Position numbers and translations under genes: made by a program
The notes under the pieces: model-generated
Database searches by the model: none
The model's input: the letters and a program-made list of their open reading frames with translations, nothing else
What the model was told of the DNA's origin: nothing
Part shown: piece by piece, positions 10,239-21,155 of the stretch
Numbering within the stretch: the first letter of the stretch is position 1
Layout: each line of letters starts with the position of its first letter
NCBI GenBank assembly: GCA_963422375.2
Contig: OY729427.2
Location: forward strand, 160,001-224,000
Length of the DNA: 64,000 bases
Direction: 5' to 3'
From: Bryobacterales bacterium
GTDB taxonomy: Bacteria; Acidobacteriota; Terriglobia; Bryobacterales; UBA6623

Positions 10239-10353
10239 CCAAGAACGCGCGGGCGGCGCGTAGCGGCTCGCGGACTCCGGCCCATGCCGGGTTCCGCGAG
10301 TCGCTGGCGCGCTTGCCAGAGGACGGTCTCAACCGGCGACAGGGACGAGCGGC

Positions 10354-10647
10354 ATGGAGTATTGCGTCGGGGCGCTGAGCCTGAGGATTCGCATCGAGCA
10401 CTCGGGCTCCCTGAAGGACAAGCGCCAAGTCCTCCGTTCGTTGAAGGACCGCCTGAGGAGGCGGCACAACGTCGCGGTCGCCGAAGTGGCCGGGCAGCAC
10501 AGCTGGCACGAGTCAGTGGTAACGGCCGCCACCGTCTCGGGCACTGTCGCCGGAGTCAGGCGGGTCCTTGACGCGGTGGAGAGAGACGCCGAGCAGGCCC
10601 TCGGAAGGGAACTGCACGAGACGGCCCGCGAGCTATTCGAGGGCTAG
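10354..10647 (+). CDS. DUF503 (YlxP-like) protein
   Basis: SLKDKRQVLRSLKDRLRRRHNVAVAEV; usual position after infB. Confidence 0.9.
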   Translation: MEYCVGALSLRIRIEHSGSLKDKRQVLRSLKDRLRRRHNVAVAEVAGQHSWHESVVTAATVSGTVAGVRRVLDAVERDAEQALGRELHETARELFEG

Positions 10648-11172
10648 TCCGAAGTGTTCACGCAGCGATGGATTGGGTGACTGGCAGCCTGATTGGCTCG
10701 CCGCGCCGGGCTGTCCGCGTCGGCAAGACCTGATCGGCGGGAGCCCCGAGTCGAGATACTCTCACGCGTCTCGGGCGCGGCCGAGACTCCGGTTGCCCGG
10801 AGCGTCCGGAGCAGTTCCGGAACGGCGCGTCAATGCATTCGGCTTCGATTCCCTTAATGGCGGGCCGTGCGTGCGTCCACGGGCGTAGAATGGGCGTGCT
10901 CGGCTAGGACCGCACTCACCGAGCCCCCACTGCGACGCTCGCCGCCGAGAAGCCGCCTTATTCACCCGGCAGATTGGCTAGGAAGATCGCCCGGTGATCC
11001 GGCGCTGGACCGTTATTCCGGACCTCCCGGCCCTTCGCATCGCCATCTTCAGCATGGCACTGCCAAGCTGTCCAAAGCGGGGACGCATCAATGGCGGTTC
11101 AACCTCCATCGATGCGATTCGCTTCAGATTCCAACGAGAATCCTGACCAAGAGAGCGGGAATGATCCCACGG

Positions 11173-11430
11173 TCAGGAACACCCGGATTGCGTGAATCCG
11201 CTGTATGCTAGTATCGCTATTACAAGTCCGAAGAACAAGAGAACAATGGGGAATTCTGACCAAATCCTTTGATCCTTGAAGTTTTCGTTGACATCGGCAC
11301 CATCTCTAAGGACACGTGCCATCATTCCCACTATCAAACTCAATACTACGAGACCTAGTACAAATCCCAACTCAGGCAGAATCTCATGAACGAGTGAGTT
11401 GGCAGGAATTTGAGTTGGATGATCCTTCAC
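11173..11430 (-). CDS. Small hypothetical membrane protein (2 TM)
   Basis: Low-GC ORF with two hydrophobic segments (LGFVLGLVVLSLIVGM; IVLLFFGLVIAILAY). Confidence 0.5.
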   Translation of the reverse strand: MKDHPTQIPANSLVHEILPELGFVLGLVVLSLIVGMMARVLRDGADVNENFKDQRIWSEFPIVLLFFGLVIAILAYSGFTQSGCS

Positions 11431-11445
11431 TCTATCTGCCTCAGT

Positions 11446-11712
11446 CTATTTGGATTCTGTCGAAGAATGAAGCGCTGATTTCTCGTTTTCCGATTGATCT
11501 GAAGACAGCTGATAATCATATCTAGGACAAAGAAGATCCTCTGGAACGGCAGCATTGGATCTCCCTAGACAGACCCAGCAGTCTACCTGCTGACAAGGAT
11601 CTTCTTCAATCGACTTGCCAGTTGGCTTGACTAAAAAATAGTACCTGTTACCTGAAATCAACGAGTAGAATATCTTCTTCGCTACGACTCTGTACTGCGT
11701 GTTTGGGTCCAA
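11446..11712 (-). CDS. Hypothetical protein, possibly the 3' part of a decayed gene
   Basis: Low-GC ORF, Cys-containing, 15 nt upstream of the 2-TM ORF; no recognised family. Confidence 0.35.
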   Translation of the reverse strand: MDPNTQYRVVAKKIFYSLISGNRYYFLVKPTGKSIEEDPCQQVDCWVCLGRSNAAVPEDLLCPRYDYQLSSDQSENEKSALHSSTESK

Positions 11713-12291
11713 GGGAGCGACTGCTTACCGCGCCAATGAAATTCCTCGGCCGGATAGCCGGTCCAGGCGGGAATACGGCCCCGAGGTTCCAGGACCTCGT
11801 CATAATCCGGATCAAGGAACTCCCCACCGGTCAGCGGGACAGGCTTCCTTCGCGCTCGCGTCCGTCGACGCTCCCGCAGTGGGATTCGAGCAGTCTTGAG
11901 CTGGCATGGGAGCCCGGGGGCAATCCAAACGGCGGCCACCGGCAGGGCCGCGGGCGCCACTCGGGCCCCACCTTGGTGAACCTGCATCAACCTCACGCAG
12001 TCGAATTCTGCCGCCCCGCGTCGGTAGGGCTTCGGACGAGCGGTTGGGGCGACACCAGCATGTCCCCGGGCATGGCCTGTGCGGACTGCGCGGACCGGCC
12101 CGGGTGATCGCCGCGACACGCTCGTTTCCTTCCCCGGCTGCCCCGCCATGCGGGGCGAGTGCCATACTGCCCGGCATGGATCCCCCTGAACGATGTACCG
12201 CAATTCAAGAACGACCCGGTCCCGGTCCCGGCCCACCGTGCCGGGTCCCGAACGCCTAGACTGAACGGGCGCCCTGTTGCGAGAGATTCCT

Positions 12292-13980
12292 ATGCTCGGC
12301 TCCACAGATTCCACTCCGGCTCGCAGGGCGGCCCTGGCCGCGGCCATCGGCCTTGCGATTCTGGCGGCCTGCGGCAGCGGAATGGTAGAAGAAGCCAGCG
12401 AGACCGTCGACATCGTCGTTTACGGCGGGACGTCGGCAGGCGTCGCGGCAGCCGTCCAGGCCCGGCGCATGGGCAAGTCGGTGGTGCTCGTCGCACCGGA
12501 GCGACACCTCGGAGGACTGTCTTCCGGCGGACTGGGCTGGACCGATACCGGCAACAAGGCCGTCATCGGCGGGCTGGCCCGCGAATTCTACCACCGGATC
12601 TGGCTGCATTACGAAGAGCCGGAGGCCTGGGTCTGGCAGTCCCGCGACGAGTACGGCAACCGGGGCCACGGCAGTCCCGCGAGCGACGGCGAGCGACGCA
12701 CGATGTGGATCTTCGAGCCTCACGTCGCCGAGCAGGTATTCGACGACCTCGTTCGCGAGCACGGCATCGACGTGCGACGCGAGCAGCGGCTCGACCGCGA
12801 ACGGGGAGCCTCGGTGGATGGCGGCAGAATCCGGAGCTTCGCCACGATGGACGGCTCCGTCTTCGCCGGCCTGGCATTCATCGACGCCACCTACGAGGGC
12901 GATCTCATGGCGGCGGCCGACGTTACCTACCGAGTCGGACGCGAGAGCGCGGAGGAGTTCGGCGAGGAGTGGGCGGGCGTCCAGAAGGACGCGCGCCATC
13001 ACGGGCACTTTTTCCCCGACGGCGTCGATCCGTACGTCGTGCCCGGCGATCCCGCGAGCGGACTCCTGCCCCGCATCAGCCCGGAACTCCCCGGGGAGAA
13101 CGGCCAAGGAGACCGGCGGATCCAAGCGTACTGCTATCGCCTGTGCCTGACCAAGGTGCCCGGAAACCGCGTGCCGTTCGCGGCGCCGGCGAGCTACGAC
13201 CCCCGTCAGTACGAGCTGCTGCTGCGCGTTCTCGCCACGGGCTGGGACCAGACGTTCCGCAAGTTCGACCCGATTCCCAACGCCAAGACGGACACCAACA
13301 ATCACGGCCCCTTCAGCACTGACAACATCGGCATGAACTACGACTACCCGGACGGGTCGTACGAGGTCCGCGAGCGGATCGCCCGCGAGCACACGGAATA
13401 CCAGCAGGGCTTGCTGTACTTCCTAGCCAACGATTCGCGAGTCCCCAAGGCGCTGCGCGACGAGTTCGCCGAGTGGGGCCTAGCCCGCGACGAGTTCACC
13501 GAGAACGGCAACTGGCCCCGGCAGCTCTACATCCGCGAGGCGCGCAGGCTGGCGGGCGAATTCGTGATGACCGAGCACGAGTGCCTCGGCAAGCGGGACG
13601 CGCCGAACCCGGTCGGCATGGGCTCCTACGCGATGGACTCCCACAACGTGCAGCGGTACGTGACGAGCGCGGGCTTCGTGCAGAACGAAGGCGACATCGG
13701 CGTCAAGCCGGCGCGCCCCTACGGCATCGCCTACAGGGCATTAACGCCGCGCAGGAGCGAGGTGTCGAACCTGCTGGTCCCGGTTTGCGTCTCGGCGTCC
13801 CACATTGCGTATGGCTCGATGCGCATGGAGCCGGTCTTCCTCATCCTCGGCCAGTCCGCGGCCACGGCGGCCGCCCTGGCCATCGACCGGCAGGTTGCCG
13901 TGCAGGACCTGGATTACGGCGCGCTGCGCGAACGACTGCTGGCCGACGGCCAAGTGCTCGAGCTTTCCCGGACCGAATAG
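12292..13980 (+). CDS. FAD-dependent oxidoreductase (xanthan-lyase-associated type), probable lipoprotein
   Basis: DIVVYGGTSAGVAAAV Rossmann motif, FIDATYEGDLMA, LYIREARR, SASHIAYGSMRMEP; LAAC lipobox. Confidence 0.88.
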   Translation: MLGSTDSTPARRAALAAAIGLAILAACGSGMVEEASETVDIVVYGGTSAGVAAAVQARRMGKSVVLVAPERHLGGLSSGGLGWTDTGNKAVIGGLAREFYHRIWLHYEEPEAWVWQSRDEYGNRGHGSPASDGERRTMWIFEPHVAEQVFDDLVREHGIDVRREQRLDRERGASVDGGRIRSFATMDGSVFAGLAFIDATYEGDLMAAADVTYRVGRESAEEFGEEWAGVQKDARHHGHFFPDGVDPYVVPGDPASGLLPRISPELPGENGQGDRRIQAYCYRLCLTKVPGNRVPFAAPASYDPRQYELLLRVLATGWDQTFRKFDPIPNAKTDTNNHGPFSTDNIGMNYDYPDGSYEVRERIAREHTEYQQGLLYFLANDSRVPKALRDEFAEWGLARDEFTENGNWPRQLYIREARRLAGEFVMTEHECLGKRDAPNPVGMGSYAMDSHNVQRYVTSAGFVQNEGDIGVKPARPYGIAYRALTPRRSEVSNLLVPVCVSASHIAYGSMRMEPVFLILGQSAATAAALAIDRQVAVQDLDYGALRERLLADGQVLELSRTE

Positions 13981-14280
13981 AGGCTCGGACGCAACGCGGG
14001 GATGGCGCGGAGCGACCGCGCAATCCTTCCGCCGACGGTTTCGGCAGCATCGCCCGCCCGAGGCAGCGGGGGATTCCCTCCCGGACCGGATTTCGTCGTC
14101 AGCAATCCCGAGCGTGCCTTGGCCGGGATCTCGTCTGCGCCGCCGCCGGGAAGCGCGCGAGGCCCGCTTCCCGTGACCCGGCTGAAAACGAGACGCGACG
14201 CCGTCGACCGGGCACGGGAATGCCTCGGCAGCTGGAATCCAACCGGCGCGTCGGCGCGAGGTCGCTGCTACGCTATCGCC

Positions 14281-15480
14281 ATGCGGAAACTTGCTCTCGG
14301 TACCGTGCTCGCCGGGCTCGCGGCCGGTGCGGCGGCCGGGGCGATCCAGTTCCGGCACCAGCAGCTCGAAGACCAGCTCGGCATCGGCTACGCCGTCCTG
14401 TGTGTCGACGTGGACGCGGACGGAGACACGGACATCGTGGCGCTCAACGAGACCCAAGTCGCTTGGTGGAGCAACCCCGACTGGGAGAAGCGCGTGATCC
14501 TTGACGGCGAGACCGAGGCCGACAACGTAGCCATCGCGGCGCACGACATCACGGGTGACGGCAAGCCGGAATTCGCCCTCGGCGCGGCCTGGCGCCCCAG
14601 CGACACCCAAGGCGGCGGCACGCTGCAATGGATCGAGCGCAGGGACGACCCCAGCGCGGAATGGAAGGTGCATCCGCTCGGTAGCGAGCCGACCACGCAC
14701 CGCATGCGCTGGTCGGACACGGACGGTGACGGGCGGTCCGAGCTCGTCGTGGCCCCGCTGCACGGGCGCGGCACGAGCGGGCCGGAGCACTGGGTAGGCA
14801 ACGGCGTCAGGCTCCTGGCCCTCAGCCCGTCGCCGTCCCCCGCATCGCAGGCGTGGGGCACCGAGGTCATCGACGACACCTTCCATATCGTGCATAACTT
14901 CTGGGCGGTAGGGTTCGACAGCGACGCTTCGGACGAGTTGCTCGTGGCGTCCTACGAAGGCGTCCATCTCCTCGACCGGGCCAGCGACGGGAAATGGACC
15001 CGCGCCAGGCTGGGTCCGGGATTCCTCGGCACGTCGATCCGCGGCGCCGGCGAGATCAAGCTCGGCACGCTCGCGTCGGGCAGGCGCTACATCGCCACGG
15101 TCGAGCCGTGGCATGCCAACCACATCGTGATTTACAGCGAGCCGGCCGACCCGCTCTCGCCGTGGCGGCGCCGACCCGTCGTCAAGCGCCTCAACGGCGG
15201 CCACGCCCTATGGACAGCCGACCTGGACGGGGACGGGGACCAAGAGCTGGCCTTCGGTTGGCGGCTCAAGGGCAGCATGCCGTACGACCGCCCCGGTGTC
15301 GCGATCTACGATCCGTCCGGGGGCGACGTCCAGATCGTGGACTGGGGAGGCATGGCCACCGAGGACCTCACCGTTGCGGATCTGAACGGCGACGGCAGGC
15401 CCGAAATCGTCGCGGCAGGCCGCGCCACCCACAATCTGAAGATCTATTGGAACGAGGGTCCCAAACCGCCACTCGAGTGA
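14281..15480 (+). CDS. Secreted FG-GAP/VCBS-repeat beta-propeller protein
   Basis: Signal peptide plus repeated DxDGDG motifs (DVDADGDTDI, DITGDGKPE, DTDGDGRSE, DLDGDGDQE, DLNGDGRPE). Confidence 0.85.
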   Translation: MRKLALGTVLAGLAAGAAAGAIQFRHQQLEDQLGIGYAVLCVDVDADGDTDIVALNETQVAWWSNPDWEKRVILDGETEADNVAIAAHDITGDGKPEFALGAAWRPSDTQGGGTLQWIERRDDPSAEWKVHPLGSEPTTHRMRWSDTDGDGRSELVVAPLHGRGTSGPEHWVGNGVRLLALSPSPSPASQAWGTEVIDDTFHIVHNFWAVGFDSDASDELLVASYEGVHLLDRASDGKWTRARLGPGFLGTSIRGAGEIKLGTLASGRRYIATVEPWHANHIVIYSEPADPLSPWRRRPVVKRLNGGHALWTADLDGDGDQELAFGWRLKGSMPYDRPGVAIYDPSGGDVQIVDWGGMATEDLTVADLNGDGRPEIVAAGRATHNLKIYWNEGPKPPLE

Positions 15481-15513
15481 CCCCGCCCGCAGTACGGTGT
15501 CGCTTAGGCCCGG

Positions 15514-15993
15514 CTACCCGGCCAAGCTGCCCCGATGGGTGTTCGCGACGCCGCCGAGCTGCGCGGCATGGTGCGAGTCGTGCCAGACCATGAACTCGAT
15601 CTGGGACTGGATGTCGCGAATCGCGAGCCGTTCGTTCACCACTGACCGGTCCAAGTCGGCGTCGCTCATTCCGGCGATCGTTTCCCGTAACTCCGCCCTG
15701 CCGGCGTCGAGGCGGGCCCGCACGGATTCCGGATCGGGATACGCCGACAGGTCGTCGAGGCACGGGCAGCCGTTGGCGAACAGTCCCTTCCAGTTGCCGA
15801 GAGGGTGGTCCTCGAGCTCCTTGTAGAGCTTCAGGGCCCCGGCTTCGTAGAAGGCCAAGTGACCGGCGATCCAGAGGCCGTGCGGTCCGCCCGGCCGGAA
15901 GCGCGTCGACCATAGTCCGTGCTCGGCAATGTAGTCCAGCTGAGCCCCGCTCGCCCTCCAGGCAAAGTCCAAGCGGGCAAGGAGCCTATCCAT
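15514..15993 (-). CDS. DinB family protein
   Basis: WIAGHLA and HDSHHAAQL metal-binding His motifs. Confidence 0.8.
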   Translation of the reverse strand: MDRLLARLDFAWRASGAQLDYIAEHGLWSTRFRPGGPHGLWIAGHLAFYEAGALKLYKELEDHPLGNWKGLFANGCPCLDDLSAYPDPESVRARLDAGRAELRETIAGMSDADLDRSVVNERLAIRDIQSQIEFMVWHDSHHAAQLGGVANTHRGSLAG

Positions 15994-16243
15994 TCGACCG
16001 TAGGGTCCATCCGTTGCGCTCACTGCGTCTCTCCAAGCTCCGCCGGCACCGCACGCGGGCCCGAAGCAGCCTTCTAGCATATCGTCTCGGCTACGAACAT
16101 CCGGCTAGGCCCGCGCCAGGCCGCGAAAAGCCGGCAGGCGCCCGAGCCGGCACCCGGCGAGACCGTGTAAGACCGGCGGCATCGCTCTCCGGAAGGGCCT
16201 GAAGGCTGTCGCGACAGCGCGGCCCTCCGTCCGAGACGGCTCG

Positions 16244-17407
16244 CTAGGTGAGACCGGCCAGCGACCCGGCCAGGCCCAGCACGCCGGCTCCGGCTATGAC
16301 CCAAGGCGCGGGCAGGCGAGCCATGAAGAGAGCCGCTCCGGCCCCCAAGGCGATCGCCCACGCCAAGGCATCCGACAGCGATGCCGGCGCGAGGCTCACC
16401 GCGACGGCCGCCATAAGGCCGATGGCCGAGGCGTTGATCGCGTCCAGGAAGGCCGCGCTGACCCGGGCCTGCCGGATGCGGCTCACGAACGGGTTGAGGA
16501 TCCCTGCGAACCCGAACGCCGGAAGGAAGATTCCGGCCGTGGCGACCGCCGCGCCGGCCCATCCAGCGACCAAGTATCCCAGAAACGTCGCGGCCGTCAG
16601 CACGGGCCCGGGCGTGAACTGCCCGACCGCGATCGCATCCAGCAGCTGCTGCTGGGTCACCCAGCCGAAATCGTCGACCAACGCGCCGTCCAAGAAGGCG
16701 ACTAGCACGTACCCGGAACCGTACAGCGCGCAGCCGACCTTGAAGAAGGCCCAGCCGAGATCGGCGAGGCGGGGAGCCTCCCCGGATGCCGCGCCGGCAG
16801 CGGACGGAAGGCACAGCGCCGCGAGCGTCCCCGCCACCCCGCTCCACGCGCGCGGCAGCAGCAGGAGCAACCCGCCCAGGAGGCCGCCGAGGAGCAGCGC
16901 GGGGATCTCGGCGAGACCGGCAAGCACCGCAAGAGCCACGCCCGCAGCGACGATGCCCAAGCGCACATTCGCGACGGCCTTGCGGCCCAGCTTCCAGACC
17001 GCCCCGAGGATCAGGACGAGTACCGCGGGCCGCAAGCCGCTCAGGTACGCTTCCGCGCTCGGGAGCTCGCCGAACCCCGCGTATAACCATGCCAGCAGCG
17101 CCGTGATGGAAGCGGCGGGCAGCACGAAGCCGACGCCGGCCGCGGCCAGCCCCAGCCAGCCGGCGCGTTCGTAGCCGAGATGCATCGTCATCTCGGTGGA
17201 ATTGGGGCCCGGAATCAGGTTCGTGGCTCCCATCAGGTCCAGAAACCGCTGCCGTCCGATCCAGCGCCGGCGCGAAACGAACTCGCTCTCGAGCAGCGCC
17301 AGATGCGCCGCGGGCCCGCCGAAAGCGACGCACCCGATCTTGAGGAACGCCGCGGCGATCTCGGCAGTCCGCCCGAGCCGGCCTCGAGGATTGACGATTC
17401 CCAGCAT
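16244..17407 (-). CDS. chrA: Chromate efflux (CHR family) transporter
   Basis: FLKIGCVAFGGPAAH, NLIPGPNSTE, YGSGYVL, GQFTPGP. Confidence 0.9.
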   Translation of the reverse strand: MLGIVNPRGRLGRTAEIAAAFLKIGCVAFGGPAAHLALLESEFVSRRRWIGRQRFLDLMGATNLIPGPNSTEMTMHLGYERAGWLGLAAAGVGFVLPAASITALLAWLYAGFGELPSAEAYLSGLRPAVLVLILGAVWKLGRKAVANVRLGIVAAGVALAVLAGLAEIPALLLGGLLGGLLLLLPRAWSGVAGTLAALCLPSAAGAASGEAPRLADLGWAFFKVGCALYGSGYVLVAFLDGALVDDFGWVTQQQLLDAIAVGQFTPGPVLTAATFLGYLVAGWAGAAVATAGIFLPAFGFAGILNPFVSRIRQARVSAAFLDAINASAIGLMAAVAVSLAPASLSDALAWAIALGAGAALFMARLPAPWVIAGAGVLGLAGSLAGLT

Positions 17408-17447
17408 CGCCCTGCGGGGTGGCGCGAGCGCGGCGCGCCAAGGCCGC

Positions 17448-18893
17448 TCAGTTCCGCCAGCGGTCCATGTCGGGCCGGCGCGGCCCCGCATCGAAGAACC
17501 GAGCGCCGGACCCGGTGCGGTCGAAATCGCCCAGTTCCGCCCGGACCCGCTCGACGGTGCGCATCAGCCGCTCCACGATGTCGCCGCGCTGCCGCGCCAC
17601 GTCCCTGCTCTCGCCCCAGTCGAACCGCAGGTCGTACAGCTCGGCCCGCTGCACCGCGTCGATCATGCGGCCGTACCAGCTCGTCCAAGGCGGATCGGCG
17701 GGCCGTTCGAGTACGAGCTTCCAGCCGCCGTCCCGAACGGCCTGCAGGTGCGTGTAGCCGAAGTAGAGGAAGCTCTGGCGGGGACTGCGCTCGGCCGCCC
17801 CCGAGAGCCATGGCCACAAGTCCATCCCGTCCAACTCGCGCCCGTCGGGCAAGTCGGCTCCCGCGAGCGCTGCGAACGTGGGCAGCAGGTCCAGGGTCGA
17901 GGCGATCTCGTCGCTGACCCGGCCCGCCCCGATCCCGCCGGGCCAGCGGAAGATGCCGGGGACGCGCAAGCCGCCTTCCCAGGTCGTCATCTTGCGGCCC
18001 CGCAGCGGCGAGGCGCTCCCGCCGTAGTCGCCGAGATGCTCCTCGATCCACGGTCCGTTGTCCGACGTGAAGACCACCAGCGTGCGGTCCTCGAGGCCCA
18101 GTCGCTTCAGTGTGTCGAGCACCCTTCCGACGCTCCAATCGATTTCCTCGACCACGTCGCCGTAGAGCCCGCGCTCCGAGCGCCCGCGGAACGACTCGGC
18201 AGCGCCGAGCGGCACGTGCGGCATGGTGTGCGCCATATAGAGGAAGAACGGGCGCGAGCGATTACGCTCGATGAATCGGAGGGCTTCCTCGGTGTAGAGC
18301 CCGGTCAGCAGGTTCAGGTCCGTCGGGCTCTCGAGCACCTCCTCATCGCGCATCAGCTCGGTTCTCCAGCCGTCGGGGGCGACCTCCCGGGTTGTGCCGT
18401 TGTGCGAGGGGGTGCCGAAGAAGTAGTCGAATCCCTGCGCGTTCGGCATCAGCTCGTTACGGTACGGGCCCGTGCCCGGGCCGCGAGCCCGGTCTCCGCC
18501 GCCGGCCAGATGCCACTTGCCGACCAAGCCGCTGGTGTAGCCCTTCGTTCGCAGGACCTCGGCGATGGTGCGCTCTTCGGGGTGCAAGACCGTGTGGGCA
18601 CCCTTCGTGTTGCCGGGCTCGCCAAGCCGGATCGGATAGCAGCCCGTCAGCAGCGCGGCCCGGGACGGGCCGCACACGTTTTGCGCGTAGAAGCTGGTGA
18701 GGCGCAGGCCCTCCGCAGCCATGCGGTCGAGATGCGGCGTCCGGATATGCCGGTTGCCATAGCAAGCCAGGTCCCCGTAGCCGAGATCGTCGGCCAGAAT
18801 CACGACGAAATTCGGCGGGGCCTGTGCGTAGCAGCTGCAGGCAGCGAGGCATGCGACGGCCAGCCTGCGATGCAGGGATTTCGACTGGCGCAT
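17448..18893 (-). CDS. Cys-type arylsulfatase
   Basis: PNFVVILADDLGYGD, CGPSRAALLTG, GKWHL, FTSDNGP. Confidence 0.92.
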   Translation of the reverse strand: MRQSKSLHRRLAVACLAACSCYAQAPPNFVVILADDLGYGDLACYGNRHIRTPHLDRMAAEGLRLTSFYAQNVCGPSRAALLTGCYPIRLGEPGNTKGAHTVLHPEERTIAEVLRTKGYTSGLVGKWHLAGGGDRARGPGTGPYRNELMPNAQGFDYFFGTPSHNGTTREVAPDGWRTELMRDEEVLESPTDLNLLTGLYTEEALRFIERNRSRPFFLYMAHTMPHVPLGAAESFRGRSERGLYGDVVEEIDWSVGRVLDTLKRLGLEDRTLVVFTSDNGPWIEEHLGDYGGSASPLRGRKMTTWEGGLRVPGIFRWPGGIGAGRVSDEIASTLDLLPTFAALAGADLPDGRELDGMDLWPWLSGAAERSPRQSFLYFGYTHLQAVRDGGWKLVLERPADPPWTSWYGRMIDAVQRAELYDLRFDWGESRDVARQRGDIVERLMRTVERVRAELGDFDRTGSGARFFDAGPRRPDMDRWRN

Positions 18894-18931
18894 ACAGCGG
18901 AATTGTACCCCCGCCGGGGCAGCGGCGCTGG

Positions 18932-19435
18932 CTAGGGCGAATCGGCCCGCGGGACGACCGGCAGGCGCGCCACGAACCAAATTCCGTACGCCCCGGCTGC
19001 GGCCACTAGGACTCGTCCGGGCCAGGACAGGCCCCCGAATGCAATCGAGAGCCCGACCATCACGCCGCAGCACGCAAGTGCCTTCCTTTTCACGCCGCGC
19101 CTGAGGCCTCGGTGCTCCTGCCAGTCTCGGAGGAGCGGGCCGAATGCCCTGGATTCGAGCAGCCTGCGGTGAAGAGAGGGCGACGACCGCAACAGGAAAT
19201 AGCTGGCCACCAAAACGAACGGCGTCGTGGGGATCCCAGGAATGACGACGCCGACTGCGCCGAGACAGACAAAGAGACCGCCGAGCGCGGCGAACAGCGA
19301 ACGGTGCCAACCGCGAACCTCCCTAGCCGGCCCCGCGCGCAAGTCGGCACAGGCCCTCGGACGCACGTCGGAGCTTCCATCCAAGGCACCTGTGCTGGAG
19401 ACCAAGAGCGGCTCACCCTTGGGGATCAGGGGCAT
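18932..19435 (-). CDS. YbaN/DUF454 inner-membrane protein (start uncertain)
   Basis: LGAVGVVIPGIPTTPFVLVASYFLLRSSPSLHRRLL..FGPLLRDWQEHRG. Confidence 0.8.
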   Translation of the reverse strand: MPLIPKGEPLLVSSTGALDGSSDVRPRACADLRAGPAREVRGWHRSLFAALGGLFVCLGAVGVVIPGIPTTPFVLVASYFLLRSSPSLHRRLLESRAFGPLLRDWQEHRGLRRGVKRKALACCGVMVGLSIAFGGLSWPGRVLVAAAGAYGIWFVARLPVVPRADSP

Positions 19436-19570
19436 GTCGTTGCGTACAACTCTCATAGTACCCCCGACGGTGGTCCGCAGGAACGGAATTCGAGGCACCG
19501 CTCCCGCACTTGGTTCAAACGCAGTACCATGACAAGTCTGCGGTCGAACCGCAGGCTTGGAGTCACACCT

Positions 19571-21070
19571 ATGCCGACACCGTCCGACGCGGCCGGATCC
19601 GTTACAAACGCACTCCGCGGCGCGGCGTTGGCCGCTGTCACGAGCATCCTCCTGATGCCAGGAGCCGCCCTTCCGCAGGCGGCGCGGGCGTCCGGCCCGA
19701 ACGTGCTCTTCATCGGGATTGACGACCTCAACGACTGGATCGAGCCGCTGGGCGGCCATCCGCAGGCCAGGACGCCCAACCTAAGCGAGCTGGCGAAGCG
19801 CGGGGTGACCTTCGCGCGCGCGTTTTGCCAGGCTCCGTCCTGCAATCCGTCGAGAACGAGCCTTATGACCGGGTTGCGCCCGTCGACTACCGGCGTCTAC
19901 GGCAACACCGACGCATGGCGCAAGGCCCTGCCGGATGCGGTAACGCTGCCGCAGCACTTCAAGCTGCACGGATACGAGGTCCTCGGAGGGGGCAAGACCT
20001 TTCACGGGCCGCAGAACGAAGCTGCGTCGTGGGAGGCGTACTTCCACTTCCGGGGCTTCCTGCACCCGCCGACGAAGCCGGCGAACGGTATCAGGGGCAC
20101 GGGTCACTTCGACTGGAGCGGGCTTGCCGCGGACCCGGACCGGACCGCGGACACGCAACTCGCCGCGTGGGCCGAGCGCTACTTGGCGGAGGAGCACAGT
20201 CGGCCGTTCTTCCTAGCGGTCGGGTTCTACCGCCCACATTTGCCGTGGTACGCCCCGCAACAGCACTTCGACCAGTTCCCGTCGGAGGGAACGGAACTTC
20301 CGCCCACTCTGGATGGGGATGTCGACGACATCCCGAAGTCGGCACTGCGGAGCTTTCGCGACCACGAGCGAGTCACGTCTCACGGGGAATGGCGAAGAGC
20401 CGTCGCCGGCTACCTCGCCTGCATCAACTATGCCGACAGCAACGTCGGGCGCCTGCTCCGAGCGCTGGACGACGGGCCCAACGCCGACAGCACGATCATC
20501 GTGGTCTGGAGCGACCACGGGTGGCAGCTTGGCGAGAAGAAGCAATGGCGCAAGTTCACGCTATGGGAGCGCTCCGCCCGCGTCGTGATGATGCTGGCCG
20601 GCCCGGGCGTGACGGCTCGGAATCGAACGAGCGAGCGTACGGTCGAGCTTCTGGACCTGTACCCGACGCTTGCCGACCTGTGCGGCCTGCCCCGCCGACC
20701 GGAGCTCGAGGGGCGAAGCTTGCGGCCTCTGCTCGCGAATCCGGACGTCCGCTGGAACAAGCCGGCCATCACCGCCCTAGGCCCCGAAGCAATGTCCGTG
20801 CGCACGGAGCGGTGGCGCTACAGCCGCTACGCCGACGGCGAGGAACTCTACGACCACGAGGCCGACCCGTTGGAGTGGCACAACCTAGCCGGCGAGCCCG
20901 GGCGCTCCGAAATCAAGGCGCGTCTGGCTCGGATGCTGCCGTCGCGCCCCGCGCCGCGCACGCCCCTTCGCCTAGCCGCCGAGGACTGGCAGCGGATCGA
21001 AATACCCGAAGGACGCCATCACCAGTCCGACGCGACGAATTACGTCGAGCTCGGGGACACCTGGCGGTAA
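19571..21070 (+). CDS. Cys-type sulfatase (iduronate/choline sulfatase-like)
   Basis: PNVLFIGIDDLND, CNPSRTSLMTG, GFYRPHLPW, WSDHGWQLGEK. Confidence 0.9.
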   Translation: MPTPSDAAGSVTNALRGAALAAVTSILLMPGAALPQAARASGPNVLFIGIDDLNDWIEPLGGHPQARTPNLSELAKRGVTFARAFCQAPSCNPSRTSLMTGLRPSTTGVYGNTDAWRKALPDAVTLPQHFKLHGYEVLGGGKTFHGPQNEAASWEAYFHFRGFLHPPTKPANGIRGTGHFDWSGLAADPDRTADTQLAAWAERYLAEEHSRPFFLAVGFYRPHLPWYAPQQHFDQFPSEGTELPPTLDGDVDDIPKSALRSFRDHERVTSHGEWRRAVAGYLACINYADSNVGRLLRALDDGPNADSTIIVVWSDHGWQLGEKKQWRKFTLWERSARVVMMLAGPGVTARNRTSERTVELLDLYPTLADLCGLPRRPELEGRSLRPLLANPDVRWNKPAITALGPEAMSVRTERWRYSRYADGEELYDHEADPLEWHNLAGEPGRSEIKARLARMLPSRPAPRTPLRLAAEDWQRIEIPEGRHHQSDATNYVELGDTWR

Positions 21071-21155
21071 CGGACGGATTATAATCTTGCCGGTACTCGG
21101 TTCGGTTCGACACACGGCGTCCGCGAGCGGCCGTCCCGGGATCGAGGGAGGGAAG

